From Prasinococcaceae sp. CCMP 1430 (Eukaryota > Plantae > Prasinodermophyta): a stretch of 37,020 nt of DNA. This document shows, one piece after another, positions 1 through 16,729 of the stretch. Positions within the stretch are counted from its first letter, which is position 1; each line of letters opens with the position of its first letter. The DNA lies in the NCBI GenBank assembly GCA_013416795.1, contig RQSC01000032.1:679495-716514 (forward strand), given 5' to 3'. The position numbers and the translations under genes are program-made. Under the pieces are notes generated by a model. It was not told the origin of the DNA. It saw only the letters and a program-made list of their open reading frames with translations, and ran no database searches.

Positions 1-410
1 CCCCGCCCCCGCCCCCACGCAGGCGCGCCGCGCGCGGCGTGTGGGGCCTGCTGCCGCGTGCGCGTGTGCTCGCTCAACAGCCGGCGCTGCCGGGCGGGCG
101 CCGAAACGAACCAACGGATTGAAATTTGAAACGCATTTCTCAAAATATCGCTCGCCTCCTCTCGTGTCTTTTCACGGCGCGGCACTGACAATCTCCGGAT
201 ATCCAGACGTGAAGTTGACCGTCCACAACGAAGGCTCGCATGGTATGATTACCGACGGGCGACTTGCTTCCATTCGTATCACAATGAATGCGCGGTGCGC
301 GGCGAGGGGCGCGACGGGGGGGGCCGCGCGGGGTGGCGGTTACAGTCGGTTCGCGGCAGAGCATGTGCGTGCGCTCGCGCCACGCTCCCACGAGGCCAGC
401 AGGTGCCGAG

Positions 411-1886
411 ATGCGATCGCACCAGTCAGCACTGCTGGTGCTGGCGCTGGCGTTTGCGCCGGCCGCGGCCGCGGCTGAGTACCTTGCGTGCGACGGCTGC
501 TCGGGCGGCGGCAAGGTGTGTGTGTCGGGCGCCAACGGCAACACGGCGGTCGGCGATGCCGACTGCGCGCCCTGTAACGGTGCCGCGGGGCAGGCGTGGT
601 GGCCTTGCGACCTGCCTGCGGACGAGGGTGGCTGCTGGTGCTACGATTCCGACGCGTCGTCTGCGCGCGTGCCGCCGCTGATGCCCTCGGGGCTCAGCAA
701 GGCCGCCAAGGGCGTCTGCGACGTGCTCACCAGGGACATGTACCTGGATCTCACGGGCGGCACCGAGTACGAACCGTACACCTACGAGAGCTTCTGCGAG
801 GGCGTTGAGGTCGCCAACCACGGCCGCGACGAGCTGGCCTTTGGCATGGGCACTGAGGAGCAGCAGAAGGCGGAGCTGGCGGCCTTCTTCGGCCACGCGC
901 TGCACGAGTCGGGCGACCTGCGCTCCGCGCGCGAGTACCTGCCCTGCGGCGATTCGGTGGAGGTCGACGGCAAGCTCTACTGCAAGCCCTGCGCATCGGA
1001 GCACTACAACTGGGGCGCGAATACGTGCGGCTTGAGCAAACTTGCCGACAGCGGCACGTACGGCTCCTACTGCAATCCCGACCTGTCGCCGCCCGACGGG
1101 TGCGCCTGCTCCGACGAACTCACCTCGGAGGAGGTGCCGGGCCTGCCGGCCTACGAGGGCTACGTCGCGGCCGACAAGCTCTTCATCGGGCGCGGTGTCA
1201 TCCAGCTCTCCTGGAATTACTTGTACATCCGTGCGTCAATGGCGCTAACGGGCTCGGAGACGACGTTCTGCGAGAACCCGGAGCTGGTCGCCGAGGAGGG
1301 TCGCTACGCGTGGGGCTCGGGCATCTGGTTCTGGATGCAGCACGCCGTTCCGGAACAGACGGCGGAGGGAAAGCTGTCAACGCCGCACGTGGCGGCGCTG
1401 ACCGGCGGCGGTTTCGGCGGCACGCTCTTCAACATCAATGGCGTGCTGGAGTGCCCCGGTGGTGACGAGTACTGGCATACCGCGGTGGTGATGCGCGTCA
1501 ACCGCTATTGCCGCGCTGCCAGAGCGATTGGCCTCGAGGAGCTGCTTCCCCTGAGCGGCTGCGGCGGCCTCGCAGAGGCGTTCGATGGGTGCGGCGAGTA
1601 CGACTGCCCCGACTGCATGGCGTACAAGCCAAGCGCGCCCGCGCCAGGCGGTGCTGGCGGCGAGGAGACGGGCGACGATGGGGTGGACGACGCGCCCGCA
1701 CCAGCACCGAAGTCGAAGGCCAAGAAGGCCAAGAAGAAGCCCAAGAAGGCCAAGAAGACCAAGAAGCTCAGCAAGAAGCAGGTGAAGAGGCTGTGCAAAA
1801 GGGCCAAGTCCAAGAAGGCGTGCAAGGCGGGCGACGCCAAGCGGAGCTGCACCTTCAGCAAGAAGAGGGGCTGCACGCCCAAGTGA
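411..1886 (+). CDS. Secreted GH19 chitinase: signal peptide, N-terminal Cys-rich module, catalytic domain, acidic linker, Lys/Cys-rich tail
   Basis: ATG 411 gives the signal peptide MRSHQSALLVLALAFAPAAAAA. GH19 motifs: AAFFGHALHESG (catalytic HE[ST]), GRGVIQLSWNY, GIWFWM, GFGGTLFNINGVLEC. The upstream GTG start at 288 in the ORF track is probably not used. Confidence 0.85.
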   Translation: MRSHQSALLVLALAFAPAAAAAEYLACDGCSGGGKVCVSGANGNTAVGDADCAPCNGAAGQAWWPCDLPADEGGCWCYDSDASSARVPPLMPSGLSKAAKGVCDVLTRDMYLDLTGGTEYEPYTYESFCEGVEVANHGRDELAFGMGTEEQQKAELAAFFGHALHESGDLRSAREYLPCGDSVEVDGKLYCKPCASEHYNWGANTCGLSKLADSGTYGSYCNPDLSPPDGCACSDELTSEEVPGLPAYEGYVAADKLFIGRGVIQLSWNYLYIRASMALTGSETTFCENPELVAEEGRYAWGSGIWFWMQHAVPEQTAEGKLSTPHVAALTGGGFGGTLFNINGVLECPGGDEYWHTAVVMRVNRYCRAARAIGLEELLPLSGCGGLAEAFDGCGEYDCPDCMAYKPSAPAPGGAGGEETGDDGVDDAPAPAPKSKAKKAKKKPKKAKKTKKLSKKQVKRLCKRAKSKKACKAGDAKRSCTFSKKRGCTPK

Positions 1887-1938
1887 AGGAGGACCCTGAG
1901 CGCCCTCGCCCCAAAATAAAACTCAAAGAATCGGTTGG

Positions 1939-1974
<36 letters not shown>
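1939..1974. repeat. (TTGA)9 tetranucleotide microsatellite
   Basis: Perfect ttga array just downstream of the chitinase stop. Confidence 0.95.
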
Positions 1975-1976
<2 letters not shown>

Positions 1977-2590
1977 GACGGTATCGAGAGTACTAAACAG
2001 ATTGCATGAGCGGAGCGTGCCCGGAACAGCGCTTCGAAGGCCCTGGAACAACGTGTCGGTCCCCATCATCCCATCGCCTCATCGGCTCGCGCATCCCCGT
2101 GGGGATCGAGCTCGGATCGTGTGGACGACGTGGCCACGCCACGCCGGGTCTCCCGTGGTTGGCTTTGCATGAGGTGTTGGGGGTGCGAGGTGAGGTTTTA
2201 AGGGTTGTCGCGTGCGTAGGGTTTGAAATATTCATGAGACGCCATTCGGCGGCGCCGCGCGCGCGTTCCCGCCACACGTCTCGGAGCGCGCGCCGCGCGC
2301 GCGCGAGGCAAGGGGCAGGTGGAGGGGCGAGCTGCGCGCCGGCGCCGTGCGGGCGAGGAGCTGCGGCGGCGGTACGCAAGGACGGGCAGGCGCGGTGCGC
2401 GGCCCTGCCTGTCGTCCCATCCGATCCGTGGGTGGGTCGGAGTGGGGAGGTGACAGGGGCAAGGGCTCGGAGCGGAGCCGCGCGCTCGGCGGGGAGGCGC
2501 ATCGACGGGGCGCTGGTCGCCGCGCGACAGCAGCAGCGACACACCCCTTGGCCGGGGCCGCTCGGGCGAGCAGAAAGGCGTGCTATCGCC

Positions 2591-2982
2591 ATGGCCAAGG
2601 GTGGCATGGACCATCAACGCACTGTGAGCTTCTCTGACCAACATGGCAGGGTGCGTGTGGCGTTGCTAGATGCGACGTGGATGCGCGTGCCCGCGCCACC
2701 CCCGCTGCCAACGCCGCCGACGCCGCCGGCGCTCACCCGCGCCACAGCGCTCATCGCGCTATCAATTGCACCGACTGACAGGCGCACATGGCGCTGCTCT
2801 GACTGTCCCCTGTCTCGCCTTCCTCGCAGTGTCTGACCGAGGTGTTTGAGATAGAGCGGCGAAAGAGGAAGAGGCGCGAGACCGCGGAGCCGCGCGCCCC
2901 GGCCCTCTTGATCGCGCTGAGCGTGCTCATATGCGGCGTGATCCTGCTCTCCGGGCTCATTACTGCCGTGCGCCGGCGATGA
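2591..2982 (+). CDS. Two-exon ~70-aa tail-anchored protein with RVxF-type PP1-docking motif (exons 2591-2650, 2830-2982)
   Basis: Phase-0 intron GTGCGT(2651)..CGCAG(2829) gives MAKGGMDHQRTVSFSDQHGR|CLTEVFEIERRKRKRRETAEPRAPALLIALSVLICGVILLSGLITAVRRR*. C-terminal hydrophobic helix followed by RRR. The exon 1 frame is open further upstream, so the start could be earlier. Confidence 0.65.
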
Positions 2983-3151
2983 CTCCCCGCACGACGCCTA
3001 CGTTCGCTCGCTAATACAATCTCATGTCCTGACAGCGAACTCATTCGCTCACAGCACACCACCGCAACTGATACCCTCGCCAGCCTGCTCGGGGCGATCC
3101 GGGGAGGTGATGCCGCGAATACGTCGTCGAACTGGCGCCCGCGCGCCGCGC

Positions 3152-5053
3152 TCACTTGGCAGCGAACTTCATGCGTGCGCGTTGCGCCTCCTGCATGCGC
3201 TGCGCCTGCGCTCTGATGGCCGTCACCTCTTCGATGCACTTCTTGGAGGCCTTGGCCTTGCCGAGAGCCTTGAAGGTGAGGGCCTGAGAGACGAGGAGGT
3301 CTGCCACCACCGGATGGTCCTCGCCTGCCGCGTGCTTCGCCGCCGCCACCGCGCGCGCGTGCAGAGGCTCGGCCGCGGTGTGCTTTCCTTGCTCGCGGTG
3401 CAGCGAGGCGAGCAGGTTGGAGACCGCCGCCGTCTGCAGGTGGTCCTCGCCGAGGTTGGTCGCCGTGCACTCTAGAAGCCGCTCGAGCAAAGGCTCGGCC
3501 AGCGCGAGCTTGCCCTGCCGCCTGTAGCAGTGTGCCAGCGCGCCGGCCACCGCGGCGCTCTCCGGGTGCATCTCACCGCGCGCACATGTTGCGTGCTCGA
3601 GTGCGCGCTCGTACTCGCCCTCCGCCTCCTCCATCTTGCCATGCGACAACAGCACACCTGCCAGCCGCGAACGCGCCTTGGAGGCGCACGACAGCGCCTC
3701 GCGCTGCGCCTCGGGCATCTCAGGCTGCGCCGGCACCGCGTCCGCGTCGTCCGCCGAGGCCGGGCCATCAGCGGCCGCCTCCGGCGCGGCAGCGTCATCG
3801 GCGGCATCGCCCGCCTCCGCGACTTTGGTCGCGTGCCGCTCGGCGTCCTCAGCGCGCTCGCGCAGCATCGCCTCAGCCCCCGCCTTGTCGTCCGCCTCGT
3901 CGAGCAGCTCGACGAAATTGCCGAGCGTGCGCACCGTGTTCGGGTGCTCGGCCCCAAGCGCGGCCTCGCTGTAGGCCAACGCCTGCTCCATCAGAGGACG
4001 GGCCTCGTCGTAGCGGCCCTGCATGCGCAGCAGCGTGGCGAGGTTGTTGATGGCGCGCGCCGTCTCGATGTGCTCCTTGCCCTTGTGAATCTCGTTGAGC
4101 GAGATGACCCTCTTCATCGGGCCCTCGGCCTCAACGTAGCGCTTCTGATGGTAGCGCGCGTCGGCTACCCGGCCCAGCAGCAGGCAGAGGTCGTAGGCAT
4201 CGCGCCCCAGTCGCGCCTCGGCGAGCTCGAGCGCCTTGGTGAAGGCGAGCTCCGCGGCCGCATACTCGCGCCGCGCGAGCTCTCGCGCGCCGCGCTCCTC
4301 GAACATCTCCTGCAGGCGAGGTGATTGCTCGACGTCAAGCGTCGGCGATGGGCCCATCGAGGCCGCGTCCTCCTCGGCCGCCTGCGGGGGGGAAGGCTCG
4401 GCGCTCGCCTCGACGTTTGCCGAGCCAGCGCCAGCGCTCTCGGCGGGCGCATCATCTGGCTGCTGCCGATGCTCCTGCCCCTGCTCAGGCTCGGGCTCAG
4501 GCTCCTGCTCCCGCGCATGTGCCCGCGCCTGCTCCAGTGCCTGCGCCGCCGCTTGCGCCAGCGCCTGCGCCCGCGCCCCCTGCGCCAGCGCCTGCGCCTG
4601 CGCAGGCTCCTGCTCCTGCACCTGCTCCTGCTTAGGCTGCGCCTGTGCCTCAGCTTGCGCAGGCTTCCGAGCTGCGGACTTCGACTTCGACTTCTTTTTG
4701 TTGCCCTTGCCCTTGGTGGTCAGCTTCGGCTTGGCTGCCGGTGCAGACGCCGTCACCGGCGCCGGCGCCGATCGAGGCATCTGCGGCTGCGCCTGCTGCG
4801 GCGCAGCAGGCGCTTGCGCGCTCGTCGTCGACTGTGCCGGCTCGCTCGCGGCAGCCGGCTGCGGCTTCTGCTCCGCCAGAGCCTTGCGTTTCGAGAAAAC
4901 GCGGGTGCTTGTACCGCCCTCGCTCGCATCCCCCGCCCTGCCGCGGCCACGGCCGCCGCGTGGTGCGAAGATCATCACCGCGGCAACGGCGCCGAGCGCG
5001 GCCACGCCGAGCGCGGCCGCGCATAGGCGGCGCACCACCGCCGCGATCGCCAT
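3152..5053 (-). CDS. Signal-anchored TPR protein (kinesin-light-chain/TPR_10-12-like repeats)
   Basis: ATG at 5053 (MAIAAVVRRLCAAALGVAALGAVAAVMIFAP, hydrophobic anchor), then an Ala/Gln/Pro/Lys linker. Repeats such as TARAINNLATLLRMQGRYDEARPLMEQALAYSEAALGAEHPNT and GEDHPVVADLL follow. Confidence 0.8.
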   Translation of the reverse strand: MAIAAVVRRLCAAALGVAALGAVAAVMIFAPRGGRGRGRAGDASEGGTSTRVFSKRKALAEQKPQPAAASEPAQSTTSAQAPAAPQQAQPQMPRSAPAPVTASAPAAKPKLTTKGKGNKKKSKSKSAARKPAQAEAQAQPKQEQVQEQEPAQAQALAQGARAQALAQAAAQALEQARAHAREQEPEPEPEQGQEHRQQPDDAPAESAGAGSANVEASAEPSPPQAAEEDAASMGPSPTLDVEQSPRLQEMFEERGARELARREYAAAELAFTKALELAEARLGRDAYDLCLLLGRVADARYHQKRYVEAEGPMKRVISLNEIHKGKEHIETARAINNLATLLRMQGRYDEARPLMEQALAYSEAALGAEHPNTVRTLGNFVELLDEADDKAGAEAMLRERAEDAERHATKVAEAGDAADDAAAPEAAADGPASADDADAVPAQPEMPEAQREALSCASKARSRLAGVLLSHGKMEEAEGEYERALEHATCARGEMHPESAAVAGALAHCYRRQGKLALAEPLLERLLECTATNLGEDHLQTAAVSNLLASLHREQGKHTAAEPLHARAVAAAKHAAGEDHPVVADLLVSQALTFKALGKAKASKKCIEEVTAIRAQAQRMQEAQRARMKFAAK

Positions 5054-5692
5054 CACGCCTCCTCCCGCCCCCCGGCGGCCGCGCGCGCGCACCCGCCTCC
5101 CCTCGCGTCTCCTCGCCTCCGTTCGCGCGCGGAGTGGCCGCCCAACCCGCTCGCCGCCTCTGCCAGCGCTGCAATCCTCAAGCCCCTCCTCCCTGCCCCC
5201 GCACCTCCCCTCGCGCGCGCGCGTGAGCGCCGGGGTCTTATCTTTACGAGATCTGCCGCCGCTGGCCCGCCCGGTGCGACCCACCCGGCGCCGCGGGCGC
5301 GAATTCAACCTGATATATATATGGCTCGCCCGTGGGATAGTTTTTCGAATTTTAGATCTGCAAAAGTCACGCGGGGACATTATTGGAGATCCAGTGAACG
5401 CGCCGCGCGAGCGCAGCCGCGCAGCCGCGATACCAACTGCTCGGAGCGTTCTCGAGCGTCTGCAGCCGGTAGCTCTCCCGCCGCGCGACGGAGGGGCACG
5501 GAGGGGCACGGTGGCGGGGGGTAAGTGGCGACGCGGGAAGGGGAGGAGACGCCATACGAGACGGCACGGACGGCAAGGGGAAGACCCCAACCACCCCCCT
5601 ACCTCCCGCGGGAGGGATGCGCGGGAGGGAGGGCGAGGCGCGCCGCGGCCGCGCGGCCGCGCGCTGCTGAGCGCCGGTTTTGGTCCGCCGCG

Positions 5693-5935
5693 ATGGGCTG
5701 CGGGTGCAGCACCGTCGCGGCGGCCGATGCCAGCAGCGATGCCCGCACGGGCTCGGCCACGGCCGAGCGAGTAGGCGATTCGCATTTGCGCGCGAGTGTC
5801 AGCAACGGCGGCCTCTCGGACGCCAGCATTGACGGCGGCGGCAAGCCCAACCTTGCTCCGGGCTGCGAGGTTGAGAGTGAGAACGAGCAGAGGGAGCGCC
5901 TACAGAGGTCTGTCGAGTGCCGCAGGTCCCTGAAG
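5693..5935 (+). CDS. First exon of an unidentified gene with MGCGCS N-terminal acylation motif; remainder lost in the poly-C run
   Basis: ATG 5693 reads MGCGCSTVAAAD..., is open for 81 codons and ends at the strong donor AAG|GTACGT (5936). Divergent from the TPR gene. Confidence 0.45.
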
Positions 5936-6107
5936 GTACGTGCGGCCAGCGATCGGCCCTGTGCACAGAGCGCGTCCCACGGAGCATCCTGCCGCGCCCG
6001 CTCGGATGGCTGGCCGCTGACCGGAGGCGCTCGCACCGCGTCCACCTCGGGCGCGTGCACCCCCGTGCGCGTTCGTGCCGGTGCGAATGCGCTCGCACAC
6101 GCCCCCC

Positions 6108-13405
<7,298 letters not shown>

Positions 13406-13406
13406 N

Positions 13407-15669
13407 CGCTCTTGCCGACGCGGAGCTCGTCGCCGACGCTGGCGGCGGCGCGGGCGGCGCCGCGACGCTCACCGCCGCGCCCACTTTGTGGCTGTCGCCG
13501 GGGCTCATGATGTCCGCGGGCATCGCAGTCGGCGAGAGCGTCGCGGTCGCCGTCGCCGACGCGCCCGCCGGCGCGCACCTTCACACCGCGCGCGGGGGGG
13601 AGGCGCTGCCGCAGGGAGTCGCCCTGCACCAGCAAAAGCGCGAGCGGCTCGCGTCATCGCCGCGCACGCCGCCACCGGCACGCTCGCCCTCGGGTGGCAA
13701 GGGGAGGGGCGCTGCGATGCCGCTCGGCGTGGACGTGTCGCTCGCTCCGCGCTCCCTTGCGGCGCTGTGCGGGGTCCAGGAGGCCGAGGAGGGGGGGGAG
13801 GCCGCGTGCGAGCAGCGCGCGGGCAACGCGCTGCTTGTCGCCAAGGCATGGCCCGCGGCGGCGCTGCCGCCGCGGCACTGCGCGGCGTCCGCGCAGCTGC
13901 ACGGCTCGCTCGGCGGGGGCGGGGGCGCCCTATCGCTCACGGCCAGANNNNNNNNNNNNNNNNNNNNNNNNNNNNNNNNNNNNNNNNNNNNNNNNNNNNN
14001 NNNNNNNNNNNNNNNNNNNNNNNNNNNNNNNNNNNNNNNNNNNNNNNNNNNNNNNNNNNNNNNNNNNNNNNNNNNNNNNNNNNNNNNNNNNNNNNNNNNN
14101 NNNNNNNNNNNNNNNNNNNNNNNNNNNNNNNGCAAGACGGCGCTCGCGCGCGCGGCCGCGCGCGAGGCCGGGGCCTCTTTGCTGTGGGCGTCCGCGCCAG
14201 AGCTCATCGGCTCAGCGCCCGGCGAGTCGGAGGCGGCCGTGCGCGCGCTCTTCGCGGCGGCGCGCGACGCCGCCCCCGCGCTGCTCTTCCTGGACGAGCT
14301 CGACGCCGCCGCGCCAGCGCGCGGCGAGGGTGGAGCGTTCGGCGGCGCCGACGCGGAGAGCTCCATGGAGTCGCGCGTGCTACAGACGCTGCTTGCCGAG
14401 ATGGACGCGCTTGGCGCGGGGGGCGGCGGCGAGGCAGCGCTGCCGCCGGTGGTGGTGCTGGCGGCGACGAATCGGCCGGCGGCGCTGGACGCCGCGCTGC
14501 GGCGGCCCGGGCGCTTCGACGTGGAGGTGGAGGTGCCGCCGCCGACACCCGCGGGGCGCCTCGCCATCCTACACGCGCGCCTACGCGCCGTGGAGCGCGC
14601 TGGCGCGCTGGACGTCGCCGAGGCGGAACTCGCGCGGCTGGCGGCGGGCACCCACGGCTTCGTGGCCGCCGACCTGGCAGCTCTTGTCGACGAGGCGAGC
14701 CTAGAGGCGCTCAGGGAGCACGTGGAGCGGCAGCGCGAGGGATGCCACCCAGGGGAACAGGGCAAGCAGCAGCAGGACCAGCCGAGGCTCCTCGCGCGCC
14801 ACCTCGCGGCCGCGCGGCAACGAATCTCCCCGAGCGCGCTGCGCGAGGTGGCCGTGGAGGTGCCCGACGTGCGCTGGAGCGACGTGGGCGGCCTGGAGAG
14901 CGTCAAGCAGCGCCTGCGCGAGGCGGTCGAGTGGCCGCAGGCGCACGCGCAGGCGCTAGCGCGCGTGGGCGCACGCGCGCCGAGAGGCACGCTGCTGTTC
15001 GGGCCGCCGGGCTGCTCCAAGACTATGCTCGCCAAGGCGGTCGCCACCGAATGCGGCCTCAGCTTCATCTCGGTCAAGGGCCCCGAGCTTCTCTCCAAGT
15101 ACGTCGGCGAGTCCGAAAAGGCCGTGCGCTCGCTCTTCGCCCGCGCGCGCGCGGCGGCCCCCGCGGTGGTGTTCTTCGACGAGATCGACTCGCTCGCGGC
15201 CGCGCGCGCCGCGGACGGAGCGGGCGACTCGACCGGCGTGGGCGAGCGCGTGCTGTCGCAGCTGCTCACCGAAATGGACGGCGCGAGCCCGCTGGCGGGC
15301 GTTACGGTGCTGGCAGCCACCAACCGCCCCGACATGGTCGACGCGGCGCTGCTGCGACCTGGGCGCTTCGACCGTCTGCTGCGCGTGCGCGCGCCCGACG
15401 CGGCGGGCCGCGAGGCCGTCCTTCGCGCTTGCCGCGTGCCGCTCGCGGGCGACGTCGACGTCGCCGCGGTCGCCGCGCGCACCCACGGCTTCACAGGCGC
15501 CGACCTCGCGGCGCTGCTCCAGGAGGCCGCCCTGCGTGCGGCCGAGGAGGGCGAAGGGGGCGCCGAGGCGGTGACAAGCGCGCACGTCGAGGAGGCGCTC
15601 GTCCGAGCGCGGCCCACGCCGATCGACCCTGCGCTGGATGCCATCTACGCGCGCTTCGAGCGCGGCTGA
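13407..15669 (+). CDS. AFG2: AFG2/SPATA5 (Drg1)-type double AAA+ ATPase, 5'-incomplete, with an internal N gap
   Basis: D1: (G)[30 protein letters not shown]2: [74 protein letters not shown] and ISPSALRE are typical of AFG2. Confidence 0.85.
13948..14131. other. Assembly gap (184 N) inside AFG2
   Basis: Run of n. Confidence 0.99.
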
Positions 15670-15715
15670 GCTCGCCCGCGTGCGTCACCTCTTAATTACA
15701 CATGTACACAGCCCG

Positions 15716-15850
15716 TCACTTGAGCGCGCGCTTCGCCTCCGCCGACAGGCTGAGGCCTGACCACGCGGCGCCGACGGCGACCGCGACGAGCAGTCCGGCC
15801 TTGAGCGCGCCTGAGCAGCGCCGCGCGTGCGGCGAGTGCGCCGTGAACGG
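15716..15850 (-). CDS. Putative terminal exon of a small membrane protein (..ALKAGLLVAVAVGAAWSGLSLSAEAKRALK*)
   Basis: G/C-ending codons and a hydrophobic helix. Candidate CAG acceptors at 15851 or 15811. TGTAA poly(A) signal just downstream (ttaca 15696-15700). Upstream exon not identified. Confidence 0.35.
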   Translation of the reverse strand, partial: PFTAHSPHARRCSGALKAGLLVAVAVGAAWSGLSLSAEAKRALK

Positions 15851-16256
15851 CTGGCGGCGGCGCGGGGGCCCGCCGGGTCACCGCCGCCGCACGCGCGCCG
15901 CTGCGCAGCGCGTCCCAGCAACCACGACTGCCTCTCACAGGAGGGAGCCGCCAGGCGCCGCAGCCCCACCACCTCCGCCGCCGCGGCGCGCTGTGCCGCG
16001 CCCGAGCCGCACGACAGTGACGGCCGACGCCAGTGACCGCCGACGCCGGCCTGCGCGCGGTACCTGACGAGCTTCCCGTATCTATCGCAGAAATTTTTCG
16101 GAGGGTCATTTCCGCGTTTTGGGGGATAGCGAGAAGTACAATTCGAACCCCGCGTGCGAAGTGCGAAGTACGGAGTGCGTCCCCGCTGCAACGGATATCC
16201 GCGGTTTCGGCCCGCGCGTGTCCCCGCTCCGCGCCGCGCCGCGCCGTACCGCGGAA

Positions 16257-16360
16257 TTAGGGTTTAGGATCAAACCTCGAGTATCTGCTGGGCGTAGTGC
16301 CATCTGTGCTCTGTCATCTGATTCTGATGGATTGATGGTACGACGGGCACGTGGGCCCAC
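16257..16360. promoter_or_regulatory. Telo-box (AAACCCTAA on - strand) plus site-II/TCP-like palindrome GTGGGCCCAC
   Basis: ttagggtttagg at 16257-16268 and gtgggcccac at 16351-16360, in a locally lower-GC stretch between the 3' ends of AFG2 and P5CS. Confidence 0.35.
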
Positions 16361-16729
16361 GGCGCGGGAGTAAGGGTTCGTCCGACCGTCACGGAGGGTT
16401 TCTGAGCGGCCGTGCGCGCGCGCGCACCGGTGCGAGGGCGCGACGAGGACGAGGGCGCGGCGCGAGAGGGGCTGCTGTTGGTTGGTGGCGGTGCCGATCG
16501 TTGTCAATGCTTACCACGCGCGCGGCGCACACGGCGCCGTGAAGGGGCGCGGCGCTGGGCGCGGCCGCGCGCAGGTTTAGTTGCGCAGTGGAGACTCTCC
16601 TCTCGTCTTGGCGGTGCAGCAATCCCTTCGCACTTCGAAGCTACTCGTGGTGCTCCCACGCCGCACCGGCCGCGTCGAGGGAATTGTCGCCGGGTGTGCG
16701 CGACAACCTCGGTCACGCGAGGCGATGCC

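Noticed and set aside
288-410. N-terminal extension of the chitinase from GTG 288
   Set aside because: Arg-rich UTR-like translation; ATG 411 directly precedes a clear signal peptide.
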